DNA from: Escherichia phage AV116
Strand: one strand, 5' to 3'
DNA: 64,000 bases
Sequence record: OR352946.1
Shown piece by piece: positions 1 to 10,944 of this stretch (within the stretch, counting starts at the first letter, position 1; every line of letters starts with the position of its first letter). Position numbers and translations under genes: made by a program. A model generated the notes under the pieces. It did not search any database. It was not told the origin of the DNA and was given only the letters and a program-made list of their open reading frames with translations.

Positions 1-68
1 CGAAAGGCCACCGGGCAAAATTACTTAATGCACATGACGGCCACTTAAAATTGCTTCTTATTTCTAAT

Positions 69-287
69 TCAGACATCTTTAACACTTATAATTTCAATAT
101 CAGCCCAATGACCGTATCCAGGTATACGGTCTTCGATAGATAAATTTCCGTCATTTTTAGGCATTTTAATTGACGTAACGTATGGTTCTAGACGGTTTTC
201 TGCATAATACGGAAAAACGTCTGTTACACGATAAGTAACTTCGATCATTTCTGTACCCAACAATTTCTGAATTAATTTCTTTAACAT
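69..287 (-). CDS. hypothetical protein (gene 30.x-region small ORF)
   Basis: 72-aa ORF in the minus-strand early gene array; no recognisable domain. Confidence 0.4.
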   Translation of the reverse strand: MLKKLIQKLLGTEMIEVTYRVTDVFPYYAENRLEPYVTSIKMPKNDGNLSIEDRIPGYGHWADIEIISVKDV

Positions 288-288
288 A

Positions 289-483
289 TTATCCTCGCTT
301 TAAACATTTGATTACAGACAGTTCACCACCCATGCGAACGTCTTCAGTTCCATCGACCCATAGGACGGTGTAGGCTTCTTTAATAGTAGCATTACCTAAT
401 TTAAAAGCAGGTAAAACCTTTGAAATCATACCAGGAATACCTATACCTTTTAACTGGACAGTTTGTGATAAGAATAGATGCAT
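289..483 (-). CDS. hypothetical protein
   Basis: 64-aa ORF tightly packed with neighbours on the minus strand. Confidence 0.35.
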   Translation of the reverse strand: MHLFLSQTVQLKGIGIPGMISKVLPAFKLGNATIKEAYTVLWVDGTEDVRMGGELSVIKCLKRG

Positions 484-770
484 TAGAACCTCATCTGAAA
501 TCCGTGTGATTTAACATTACCGCCATAAATGTCAGAGGTATTGACTTCACGTGCGGCGCTAGGGTCGATGTTAATATCATGGTTGAGCTTAGTGATTGCT
601 AAGGTGTCACGACCGTTAACAGTACGGAATTCTACCGGGCACACATCATCAGCATAAGCCTTAATGGATTCATGAGTAGGTTGTTTGTCGACAGGAACGT
701 CTTTACCTGCTTTAGAGAAAACAACTTCACAGAAATTTTTACGGGTATCAAAATAAGTGGTCATAAACAT
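483..770 (-). CDS. hypothetical protein
   Basis: 95-aa ORF; AGGAGG-type RBS upstream; GC hairpin at 786..801 just upstream. Confidence 0.45.
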   Translation of the reverse strand: MFMTTYFDTRKNFCEVVFSKAGKDVPVDKQPTHESIKAYADDVCPVEFRTVNGRDTLAITKLNHDINIDPSAAREVNTSDIYGGNVKSHGFQMRF

Positions 771-785
771 AATATTTTCCTCAAA

Positions 786-801
786 GGAGGCCGAAGCCTC
801 C
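786..801. terminator. GC hairpin GGAGGC-CGAA-GCCTCC (stem-loop; T-run on plus strand)
   Basis: Perfect 6-bp stem with CGAA loop; lies between two minus-strand ORFs. Confidence 0.4.
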
Positions 802-811
802 TTTTTTAAGA

Positions 812-1177
812 TTAGATATCGAATTCGTTAAGAACTACATCAAAGATTGCTTCGAGATGTTCAGGTTTAGCTCGGTTACTCAGGATATGACGAATCCAAG
901 TTTTAACCAGAAGTTTACGATTAACACCGTTCCAGCAAGGATGAGTACCTAAATCACGTTGACGGAAATCATCATCTAATGCAATTTTGAAGTTGGAACC
1001 TTCCATCATGATTGAAACAGTAATGCCATTTTCAAATCGCATATAAACGTAATTAGGAGTCATATACTGCTCAATTTCACATACTGAACCATTTTTATGC
1101 TTCCACAAGCAAACCATGTCGATAGAACCAGCGATACCGTTAGAAACATATTTACGTTCGAAGTTGATGTAGTTCAT
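812..1177 (-). CDS. hypothetical protein
   Basis: 121-aa ORF with a T4-type early promoter immediately upstream (1215..1248). Confidence 0.5.
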   Translation of the reverse strand: MNYINFERKYVSNGIAGSIDMVCLWKHKNGSVCEIEQYMTPNYVYMRFENGITVSIMMEGSNFKIALDDDFRQRDLGTHPCWNGVNRKLLVKTWIRHILSNRAKPEHLEAIFDVVLNEFDI

Positions 1178-1214
1178 TTTATTCTCCGGATGTTTAAGTT
1201 GTTTGTTGGTACAA

Positions 1215-1248
1215 GTCTATAGTAACACATCCTACAGGAGAGTAAACA
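1215..1248 (-). promoter_or_regulatory. T4-type early promoter (GTTTAC... -10 TACTAT)
   Basis: Minus strand GTTTACTCTCCTGTAGGATGTGTTACTATAGAC; member of a family repeated more than 20 times before minus-strand ORFs. Confidence 0.55.
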
Positions 1249-1279
1249 TCTTTTTAAACTTTTTCTGCCCTAAACGCAC

Positions 1280-1301
1280 AAAAGGGAGACCGAAGTCTCC
1301 C
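1280..1301 (-). terminator. intrinsic terminator (GGGAGACCGAAGTCTCCC + U-run)
   Basis: 7-bp perfect stem with CGAAG-type loop followed by UUUU on the minus strand. Confidence 0.65.
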
Positions 1302-1306
1302 TAAAA

Positions 1307-1642
1307 TTATGCAACAACCTTTCCAAAACGAGAAGCATCATCTCGAAGAACTGCACGTGCTCTGCGCATGATCTTCTCAACTGTTTGATTAATACGAGAG
1401 TTCGACCCACGCTTGTATCCAGCGCGTTTAGAGGTACCATCAACTTTCTTTTCAACTGCTTTCTTTGCTTTAGCTTGTTTTGCCATTATAAATTTCTCTT
1501 TAAATGAAAATGCAGGACTTATTGACATTGCCTGCGCAAGCCCTCGAAGGGAACATAGGTTTTGGATATTTAACGACAGGATAACCATAAACCCGTCATC
1601 ATACCTACCATGACTTACACAGCTAACCTTTTGCTGACGCAT
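1307..1642 (-). CDS. small basic protein; true start probably the internal ATG near 1487 (about 60 aa)
   Basis: ORF ends just before the terminator hairpin at 1284..1301; Lys/Arg-rich C-terminal part MAKQAKAKKAVEKK... Confidence 0.35.
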   Translation of the reverse strand: MRQQKVSCVSHGRYDDGFMVILSLNIQNLCSLRGLAQAMSISPAFSFKEKFIMAKQAKAKKAVEKKVDGTSKRAGYKRGSNSRINQTVEKIMRRARAVLRDDASRFGKVVA

Positions 1643-1650
1643 GATAGCAA

Positions 1651-1899
1651 TTATTTCAAAGTAATAACAAAATGACGTACTGCTTTACGAGCTGCAGAAG
1701 CCAAAGGCTTAGCATATTTCAGTTCATCTTTTGCTTCCAGTTCAGAAGCCAAAGCTGCCTGGACCGGGTTCAGATGTTTGAAATAACGAAGGATTTCAAG
1801 AGCTTCGGCTTCAACATCAATAGATGCGCCATAGTTTTCATGACCATTATTCCATGCGTTTCGTTGCAGTTCAAGAGCGTGTTGTAATTGTTTAATCAT
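1651..1899 (-). CDS. rIII: lysis inhibition accessory protein rIII (probable)
   Basis: 82 aa, same length as T4 rIII and located directly downstream of gene 31 as in T4. Confidence 0.6.
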   Translation of the reverse strand: MIKQLQHALELQRNAWNNGHENYGASIDVEAEALEILRYFKHLNPVQAALASELEAKDELKYAKPLASAARKAVRHFVITLK

Positions 1900-2015
1900 T
1901 TTAAATTCTCAATTCGAGATAATATTTAGTAGCCACGTTCGTCTGAATTTCACCTTCTTTCGACAAGTCTCTCAGTTGTAGGCTACCGCTTAGAAGAGTG
2001 TTCTCTTCATATAGT

Positions 2016-2023
2016 TATTTATA
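2016..2023 (-). promoter_or_regulatory. late promoter TATAAATA (minus strand) upstream of rIII
   Basis: Exact TATAAATA on the minus strand. Confidence 0.5.
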
Positions 2024-2356
2024 TCACTTATAAAGACACGGAATAGCTTTATAGTGGCATGTTACGAATTTCTGTTTAATTTCTTTAGGTTGTTTAAGTC
2101 CTAAAGCCACAAATGGATGTGGAACATTTCGAATTTGTCCAACTGGTAGTGGAGTCAAATCACCGACTTCAACAAAACCTTCAGGAACATCAGGACCTAC
2201 AGAATGAACTACACATAGTTCAGGAACTTCACCTTGAACACGTTTACCAATCACAAGTCCTGATTCGGTAACTTCTTCATCACCTGCTTGAGCGGGTTCA
2301 GAAACCAGAATGACATATTCACCAACAGCACGAATTGGGAGTTGTACTTCAGACAT
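2024..2356 (-). CDS. 31: gp31 co-chaperonin (GroES analogue)
   Basis: 110 aa, [34 protein letters not shown]... matches recalled T4 gp31 nearly residue for residue. Confidence 0.85.
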   Translation of the reverse strand: MSEVQLPIRAVGEYVILVSEPAQAGDEEVTESGLVIGKRVQGEVPELCVVHSVGPDVPEGFVEVGDLTPLPVGQIRNVPHPFVALGLKQPKEIKQKFVTCHYKAIPCLYK

Positions 2357-2413
2357 CTTATTTCCTTGTTGTTTGACGATAGATTAATAATACCATACTA
2401 TTCGTAAAGCATA

Positions 2414-2722
2414 TTACATAAGAAGCAAACGTTCTACCGGAGTACCATCAACCGAAATTACTTTATCAAGGCGGAAAGAACGCCACTGACCTAACTTGGT
2501 ATCGAATGCTCGAACTGATTCACGAGGTTCAGAACGAACTTCTGTTGCTGGATTTCTATTTTCATATTTGACTTCAAGTTCATCACGGGAGGCAAACATC
2601 GTACGAACATCACCATTAGCCTTTTCAAATACAACACAATGAACACCTACAGACAGAATAGTTTTAATACGTTCACGAAGAACCATAGTTTCTTGTTCAG
2701 TTAAAATCATATTATTCACCAC
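2414..2722 (-). CDS. hypothetical protein
   Basis: 102-aa ORF between cd and 31. Confidence 0.45.
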   Translation of the reverse strand: MVNNMILTEQETMVLRERIKTILSVGVHCVVFEKANGDVRTMFASRDELEVKYENRNPATEVRSEPRESVRAFDTKLGQWRSFRLDKVISVDGTPVERLLLM

Positions 2723-3293
2723 AAAAGTTTCGAATTTGTTCCCAATTCAGAGAACGAAGATTATTACGAGAGTACTGAATTACTTCAATACCAGCTTGTT
2801 TTAGAATGTCTGCCCAATTTTCAGGAGACCGGTCATATAATTCTGCATATACAACCTTTTTAATGCCTGACTGTGTGATAGCTTTAGTGCAATCAGGACA
2901 TGGAGAAAGTGTCGTATATAACGTAGCACCTTCAATAGAATTACCTTTACGAGCTGCAAACAAAATTGCATTCAATTCCGCATGGATTTCGTTATTAGCA
3001 GACCATGCACTATGAGCAGCCCGATGTTCTTTAGCCAAAACAAAATTATCTGCCCGTCCAAATGCTGTAGTGCCTTCTTTATGTCCAGCAACGATGACCT
3101 GGCTTGGTTTATTCTTCAACCAGCCGTTTTCGGATGCATGTTCGCAACAGTTTGTACCACCTGAAGGAGAGCCATTATAACCTGTAGAAATAATGCGTCC
3201 ATCTTTTTCAATGACGGCACCAACTTTCCATGAACAACATTTTGATTCTTGAGAAATCAAATAAGCAATTTGAAGATATGTGCTAGCTTTCAT
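2712..3293 (-). CDS. cd: dCMP deaminase
   Basis: 193 aa; zinc-binding cytidine/dCMP deaminase motifs (HAE...PCxxC: CEHASENG, LSPCPDCTKA); same length as T4 Cd. Confidence 0.85.
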   Translation of the reverse strand: MKASTYLQIAYLISQESKCCSWKVGAVIEKDGRIISTGYNGSPSGGTNCCEHASENGWLKNKPSQVIVAGHKEGTTAFGRADNFVLAKEHRAAHSAWSANNEIHAELNAILFAARKGNSIEGATLYTTLSPCPDCTKAITQSGIKKVVYAELYDRSPENWADILKQAGIEVIQYSRNNLRSLNWEQIRNFCGE

Positions 3294-4285
3294 TATTGAA
3301 CCTTATTAATATAAGTTAACAGCTCTTTAGTTTGTTCCCAACTGATGCACGCATCGGTAACGGAAACGCCATAGGACATATTATCAGAAATTTTTTGATT
3401 TCCTTCATGTAGGAATGATTCTATCATAATTCCTTTGACCAAATCATTAGCTGCTAAATTTTTACCAATATCAATTTGATTGCTATAATGCCCAGCAGCG
3501 TTTGCATGGCTACAGTCAACCATTACATAATGATTCAGACCTACTGCCCTTGCTTTGTTAGAAGCTTCTTGAATATCAGAAGAATGATAGTTCGGGCCGT
3601 TAGTCCCGCCACGCAATACGATATGCGTATTCTGATTACCTTCAGCTTCAACAATGCCTACAGTACCATCGACGTCCATACCCATATACCGATGAGGCCG
3701 CGCGGCACTATACATCGCGTCTGTAGCTACTTTAATAGAACCATTGGTTGCGTTCTTGAAGCCTACGCACATCGGTAGACCTGAAGCAATTTCACGATGT
3801 GTCTGACTTTCAGTCGTACGGGCGCCAATAGCAACCCATGAGAAAATACCAGAAAGATACTTAATCGTGAATGGGTCTAATACTTCAGTTGCTAATGGAA
3901 GTCCCATACGTAGAAGTTTACGACACAATGTTCGTGCAACTATAAGACCGTGGTTCATATCAAAACTTCCGTCAAGATATGGATCATTTACAAGACCTTT
4001 CCAACCTACGGTAGTTCGAGGCTTTTCAAAATAAACGCGCATCACTAACAGAACATTAGGAAGACGAGTTTGAAGTTCAGCCAGACGTTTGCCGTATTCA
4101 ACAGCAGCAATAGGGTCATGAATTGAACAAGGACCTACAACAATAAGTTTGCGTGGGTCTTCACCGTTCATAATCGAATTAACTTGTTCGCGATGAGAAG
4201 CCACTTGTGATGCGTAAGCTTCCGACAAAGGAATAATCTCAGCCAGTTCTTTTGGAGAAATAAGTTTTCTGACGACAGGTAACAT
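3293..4285 (-). CDS. 3-deoxy-7-phosphoheptulonate (DAHP) synthase, class I AroG-like
   Basis: 330 aa; VMRVYFEKPRTTVGWKGLVNDP, WVAIGARTTESQTHRE and other blocks near-identical to E. coli AroG. Confidence 0.85.
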   Translation of the reverse strand: MLPVVRKLISPKELAEIIPLSEAYASQVASHREQVNSIMNGEDPRKLIVVGPCSIHDPIAAVEYGKRLAELQTRLPNVLLVMRVYFEKPRTTVGWKGLVNDPYLDGSFDMNHGLIVARTLCRKLLRMGLPLATEVLDPFTIKYLSGIFSWVAIGARTTESQTHREIASGLPMCVGFKNATNGSIKVATDAMYSAARPHRYMGMDVDGTVGIVEAEGNQNTHIVLRGGTNGPNYHSSDIQEASNKARAVGLNHYVMVDCSHANAAGHYSNQIDIGKNLAANDLVKGIMIESFLHEGNQKISDNMSYGVSVTDACISWEQTKELLTYINKVQ

Positions 4286-4405
4286 AACAATCCTTAGGAG
4301 ATATAAACAGATTCTGATTCAACAATACCTTTAACCGGATTAGACAGGCTAAGTTGGTAGTGCTCAGATTTATGACCATTCTCGATAGTAATGAGATAGC
4401 TCTCA

Positions 4406-4642
4406 TTATAGTGTTCCATATACTCGAGTTGCTTCAACAAGACCATCACTGCCTAATTTAAGATTAGTAATTTGGTCACCATCTTTAGGATTAACGATTA
4501 TGAGAAAAGAACGTGGAGATTCTTGAATAACTCGTAATGTTGCATCCTGGAAACGTTCAGACACTTTATTGATGAGTGCTTGAGCAAATTCTTTTACTTT
4601 AATCTGAAATTCGTGTACTGTAATTGGATTTTCACTTAGCAT
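4406..4642 (-). CDS. hypothetical protein
   Basis: 78-aa ORF; T4-type early promoter upstream at 4667..4698. Confidence 0.45.
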   Translation of the reverse strand: MLSENPITVHEFQIKVKEFAQALINKVSERFQDATLRVIQESPRSFLIIVNPKDGDQITNLKLGSDGLVEATRVYGTL

Positions 4643-4666
4643 TTCGATTTCCTCATTTTGGTAGAG

Positions 4667-4698
4667 TCATCATAACACAACTCTACAGTGTTGTAAAC
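4667..4698 (-). promoter_or_regulatory. T4-type early promoter
   Basis: GTTTACAACACTGTAGAGTTGTGTTATGATGAC on the minus strand. Confidence 0.5.
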
Positions 4699-4974
4699 TT
4701 AAATTGCAAAACATTTAATTTCTTGTGAATCGAAATCAACTTCACACTGAATTACTAGATCAGCATCAAGTCCAAACACAACAATCACATGAGCCGAGCT
4801 GGGCAACAACGTAACAGACACAGAATCCACTTGGTCAGGCACTAGTGTATTCAAAACGTAGAGTAGTTCAGAGTGGACCTTAAGCTCAGTAGCCGTATCC
4901 AGCTTATCAAAGAAATGATTTGCGATAATCTGACTAAAAACTACCTTTACAATTTCAGAATATTTAGGGAACAT
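4699..4974 (-). CDS. hypothetical protein
   Basis: 91-aa ORF. Confidence 0.4.
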   Translation of the reverse strand: MFPKYSEIVKVVFSQIIANHFFDKLDTATELKVHSELLYVLNTLVPDQVDSVSVTLLPSSAHVIVVFGLDADLVIQCEVDFDSQEIKCFAI

Positions 4975-4981
4975 AATTACC

Positions 4982-5206
4982 TCAGTGCACAGTATTTACT
5001 TTAACTCGAACAACAAATCGCTCGGTCGGTTCACCTACAGGAACAAACTCTACATGATATTCGCCTTTGTATCGAGTATTCAGGTCATTACGAATTCCCG
5101 CGAGTTTGTTGATTAATGTAGGACTCATATTAAGTCCAACTAGTTTACGAAGCATTTTGTATGCTTCATCTTCGATTTCATGATGTTTATCGTACATAGT
5201 TTTCAT
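4982..5206 (-). CDS. hypothetical protein
   Basis: 74-aa ORF. Confidence 0.4.
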   Translation of the reverse strand: MKTMYDKHHEIEDEAYKMLRKLVGLNMSPTLINKLAGIRNDLNTRYKGEYHVEFVPVGEPTERFVVRVKVNTVH

Positions 5207-5377
5207 TTAACCATTCAATTGCCTGGTCGACATTATCAAATATACCACCGTCCAAACGTTCTTCACGCTCATAGTCCATCACATCAATACCGAACTGTCC
5301 ATTTACTAAAGGCCAGGCTACAAACAAATATTCTTTATGATGTTCGATGGCCTCAATCACTTCATATAATCGTTTCA

Positions 5378-5378
<1 letters not shown>
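5187..5378 (-). CDS. hypothetical protein
   Basis: 63-aa ORF abutting pseT. Confidence 0.4.
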
Positions 5379-6464
<1,086 letters not shown>

Positions 6465-6465
<1 letters not shown>

Positions 6466-6764
6466 TATTTTATTCCTAAGAAAGTTTCAAGAATACGAAT
6501 GTTATGCTCGCGCCGGTCTTTATTAATTTCAGCAACGTTTTTATTGATTGACGTACTTCTAACGTTTGAAGAAATAAATTTAATCATATGACTTTTGAGT
6601 TGTTGCAAATCCAACCCTTTTTCTTTAGCAGCTTTACGAAGAGCTTTACCTGCTTCATCTAGTGCCTTTGCTGCATCTTTGTCATAATCGACAAGTGACA
6701 TTCCACGGCAGATATCAATATACTCATCAGACCGTTTGATGTAATTCTCTAGTATTGTTTTCAT
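6465..6764 (-). CDS. hypothetical protein (pseT.2 position)
   Basis: 99-aa ORF; early promoter at 6792..6822. Confidence 0.45.
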
Positions 6765-6791
6765 TTAGATTTCCTCAATTATCCATAGGAG

Positions 6792-6822
6792 CATTATACT
6801 CTGCTCCCGAGAGTTTGTAAAC
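6792..6822 (-). promoter_or_regulatory. T4-type early promoter
   Basis: GTTTACAAACTCTCGGGAGCAGAGTATAATGC on the minus strand. Confidence 0.55.
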
Positions 6823-7046
6823 TATTTTACTAAAGATTCAATATACTCATGAAGAGCTTTAGTCGCTACTGCCCACTTATTCTGATATTCATTTTTCAGA
6901 TTAGCACGAGACTGAACTAACAAGCGGTCATTAGTCGGAGGCAAAGATTCTAATCGTTGAATCTGGCGTCCATAAATCATAGCCGCCATTTCAGATTCAT
7001 AGATAAGCCCTTTAATGTATTCATGCTGTTCTTTAGTCATTGGCAT
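6822..7046 (-). CDS. hypothetical protein
   Basis: 74-aa ORF. Confidence 0.4.
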   Translation of the reverse strand: MPMTKEQHEYIKGLIYESEMAAMIYGRQIQRLESLPPTNDRLLVQSRANLKNEYQNKWAVATKALHEYIESLVK

Positions 7047-7327
7047 TTTTCCTCTTTTAAACCACTACGATAATAACATAACATAGTCTTCTGGTCATGT
7101 ATATATCTTTTTACGTCGTTTAACCAGATACGAAATTCTTGAGAGTCTTCAAATGGCATTCCAACCCACGGATTACCATCAATAACCTTTACTTGCCATT
7201 TCTGGTTGTATTCGGAAATAGGCGTAGGCCATGAAGGATGTAAAGTTTCTTTAGGGCTTACTGGCACATCCTGAGTACATCCAACTAGGAGACCAATAGA
7301 TAATACAGCCACAGTTAATTTAATCAT
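7037..7327 (-). CDS. putative lipoprotein
   Basis: 96 aa; signal peptide with lipobox LLVGC near N-terminus. Confidence 0.45.
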   Translation of the reverse strand: MIKLTVAVLSIGLLVGCTQDVPVSPKETLHPSWPTPISEYNQKWQVKVIDGNPWVGMPFEDSQEFRIWLNDVKRYIHDQKTMLCYYRSGLKEEKCQ

Positions 7328-7680
7328 TCTGAGAGCTTCCTGAGGTCTTCTGCAAAGGAATCGAAGGACCTGTTGATTTGTTTTTCGACCAATCCTGGCT
7401 TACTTGCCACCACGTTCTTCTTCTTCGAATCCTTACGGAGCTTTTCATTTTCGGCCTTAAGTTGGTCAACTAAAACACGGTTCTTATAAGTCATTTCTTC
7501 GATTGACTGATATTGAACCTTGAAGTCGTCTAATACTTTAGCATTGTTTTTAGCAGCCTCTTTGACAGAAGCTAATTCAGTATTCAACGAATCAACTTTG
7601 TTGTTTAAGACAACTATTGTTACAGTAGAAACTAGAGCAAAAGCGGCTACTATAGCGTAAATCGGATTTACTTTAAGCAT
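7324..7680 (-). CDS. hypothetical membrane-anchored coiled-coil protein
   Basis: 118 aa; N-terminal hydrophobic helix followed by K/E-rich heptad-like sequence. Confidence 0.4.
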   Translation of the reverse strand: MLKVNPIYAIVAAFALVSTVTIVVLNNKVDSLNTELASVKEAAKNNAKVLDDFKVQYQSIEEMTYKNRVLVDQLKAENEKLRKDSKKKNVVASKPGLVEKQINRSFDSFAEDLRKLSE

Positions 7681-8168
7681 GTTTTAATAATCTCAATGAT
7701 TTCATCTCGGGACAATCCATTGATAAGAACGGTTTTCAAACCATCGCACTGGATTTTGTATGATTCAAACAATACACACAACTCTTCTGCTGTATGATAC
7801 GGACTTGAAATTCCGAGGCGGTTGAATTTGTCGGTAAGAGGGTCGCAAATAATGTAGAATTTTATACCTGCGATATGTACGTTTGGTTGACTAATATTAA
7901 TGAACACATTAGCGTCGTATTTAGTCAAATTGTTTTGAAGAAATTCTACCATGGCATTAACTGCTTCCGGCATCGCTTCGCGTTTCTCTTCAGCGTATCG
8001 GGTGGAATACTCTTTTTGTTTTACTTTCTTTTTAAGATTTTTGGCCAGTGTAACACGTAGGTCGGTAAGATATCCAACTGGACGTCCTTTCTTAAAGACC
8101 CGGATTCCGTCTGTAGAATCACCAAATGCTGCTACAACCATATCGTTAGTAATCAATTGCATATTCAT
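7668..8168 (-). CDS. alc: Alc-like protein (inhibitor of host transcription), probable
   Basis: 166 aa ORF at the T4 alc position between pseT.x genes and rnlA; early promoter at 8197..8229. Confidence 0.55.
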   Translation of the reverse strand: MNMQLITNDMVVAAFGDSTDGIRVFKKGRPVGYLTDLRVTLAKNLKKKVKQKEYSTRYAEEKREAMPEAVNAMVEFLQNNLTKYDANVFINISQPNVHIAGIKFYIICDPLTDKFNRLGISSPYHTAEELCVLFESYKIQCDGLKTVLINGLSRDEIIEIIKTCLK

Positions 8169-8196
8169 AATTTTCTCCTCGTGTTATTGATAAAAG

Positions 8197-8229
8197 CCAT
8201 AGTAACACCATCCTTGGTGTTTGTAAACC
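8197..8229 (-). promoter_or_regulatory. T4-type early promoter (upstream of alc)
   Basis: GTTTACAAACACCAAGGATGGTGTTACTATGG on the minus strand. Confidence 0.55.
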
Positions 8230-8230
8230 A

Positions 8231-9364
<1,134 letters not shown>

Positions 9365-9382
9365 TCAGTTAGTTTTTTTTTA

Positions 9383-9413
9383 AATTGTACCACAATCCTT
9401 GTGGTATGTAAAC
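9383..9413 (-). promoter_or_regulatory. T4-type early promoter (upstream of rnlA)
   Basis: GTTTACATACCACAAGGATTGTGGTACAATT on the minus strand. Confidence 0.55.
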
Positions 9414-9823
9414 TACTTTTTCTTATGTTGGATATTCCAAGGCGGGTTGAACTTTTTGATAAAAAGTGGTTCTTCAAGGTCCATTGTTGCGATGGTCATT
9501 GAACCAAGTTCGTTGGTGACTGAAAGGTCAAAACATTGGCGGGCCCAGAATTCAACCTTTTTGCCTTGCATTAAGGCATCCAAAATCATAAGTGATTTTC
9601 TTGAATCTGAAGTCTGGTCTTTTCGATTTATGGCTGTTCGATAATAGTTAATGCGTTTCTTTAAATTCTTGGTTTTACCAATATACACAAGTTCGTCATC
9701 TATAGCAATAGCATATATAACATTTTTCTTATTAGGGGCATCAATGGTTTTAATTGTTGCATCTTCTAATAGCTCCAATTCTATATATTTAATAAAGGAA
9801 TATTCGGCGGCAATATCTTTCAT
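9413..9823 (-). CDS. denA: endonuclease II (GIY-YIG family)
   Basis: 136 aa, same as T4 EndoII; YAIAIDDELVYIGKT GIY-YIG-like motif. Confidence 0.75.
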   Translation of the reverse strand: MKDIAAEYSFIKYIELELLEDATIKTIDAPNKKNVIYAIAIDDELVYIGKTKNLKKRINYYRTAINRKDQTSDSRKSLMILDALMQGKKVEFWARQCFDLSVTNELGSMTIATMDLEEPLFIKKFNPPWNIQHKKK

Positions 9824-9831
9824 AATAAAGT

Positions 9832-9845
9832 GGGACCGAAGTCCC
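9832..9845. terminator. GC hairpin GGGAC-CGAA-GTCCC between nrdB and denA
   Basis: Perfect 5-bp stem with CGAA loop; weak U-tract. Confidence 0.35.
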
Positions 9846-9849
9846 GTCC

Positions 9850-10352
9850 TTAGAAATATTTTTTGTATGAATTGATTACATTTTGGTCTACATCATTATC
9901 AATTTGTGCGACAAGATAAGAACTGATTTCAACTTCCTGAGGAGCTGCTTGAACTAAATCAGAGTTCAGATATTCACGAATCCAAGGATAAGGATGTTTG
10001 GTCGGAGCATCAGTAATTGGACACGGCAAACCACACTGTTTCATACGAGACACAGTCAAGTAATCAACAAAAGCACACATACTCTGTGTATTGATACCTG
10101 GACATGTACCGTCTTTAAAGAGGTGTGCAGCCCATTCCTTCTCTTGACTATTTACTTCCATAAAAATGTCAACTGCTTCTTGTTCACATTCTTTAGCAAT
10201 TTGAACCCACTCATCACCATCAGTACCGGATTGAAGTTGACGGATAATGTACTGAGTACCCTTGAGATGGAGTTGTTCGTCACGAGCAATGAACTTCATA
10301 ATCTTTGCATTGCCTTCCATAATTTCCATATTCTTATGGAAATTAAATGTAC
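9850..10352 (-). CDS. nrdB: ribonucleotide reductase small subunit, exon 2
   Basis: ORF continues the RNR R2 fold; inferred 3' splice site after G at 10353 so that exon1 ...VSFA + C + TFNFHKNMEIMEGNAK reconstitutes the conserved FAC motif. Confidence 0.7.
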
Positions 10353-10944
10353 CGTTATGTTCGATTGAGCTCGCTAATTCTCAACCCGTTCTCTTATGAA
10401 CTGCTGCATATTACTATGCAGACCAGACTATATCACAATCCCGGAGGGATTCTCCCCATTTCGAGTCGCTTGACCCTACGTCCGAAGACTAGTCGTTGAA
10501 CCTTGCTTTGCAATTGTCGCCGTGCCATCGTTTATATGTCGATGGTGATAAATCTTTCTTTTCACAATATGGACAATTCAATTGAATTCTATTTGGATTT
10601 AATTTGCATCTGTCATTATGTTTTAGATAAAACCCAGGACCTTTACCAATGTGACCGCAGAAATCACATGTGATTTCTTTTTGTGCAGGATGGGTTCCGT
10701 TCTTAACCATTTCTAATGTTTTTGCTGATGTTCTTCCATCAGAATCTTTAGGTATAGGCCCGTTAGCATCCATCCAAATTTTTCTATAATTCAATTGTGC
10801 ATCCTCTTAAAAGTATAATCATATTTATTTTATAATATACTAATTAAAGGTGCAAGCAAAACCTTGGCTGCTAGTTTTCCTATAAAGGACTTTCCAGCAA
10901 TTAAAGGAGTTTTCGATAAACGTTACCGTTTAAAGGCGCATTTT
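10353..10944 (-). mobile_element. group I intron in nrdB (approx. 592 nt; boundaries inferred)
   Basis: Interrupts the conserved NrdB sequence exactly where T4 nrdB carries its intron; contains an endonuclease-like ORF. Confidence 0.65.
10489..10794 (-). CDS. truncated intron-encoded endonuclease (I-TevIII-like, zinc-finger containing)
   Basis: 101-aa ORF inside the nrdB intron with CxxC...CxxC pairs (CDFCGH, CPYCEK). Confidence 0.55.
   Translation of the reverse strand: MNYRKIWMDANGPIPKDSDGRTSAKTLEMVKNGTHPAQKEITCDFCGHIGKGPGFYLKHNDRCKLNPNRIQLNCPYCEKKDLSPSTYKRWHGDNCKARFND

Noticed and set aside
786-801. Hairpin at 786..801 as a plus-strand terminator
   Set aside because: There are no plus-strand genes nearby; more likely a stem-loop within the minus-strand transcript despite the T-run being on the plus strand
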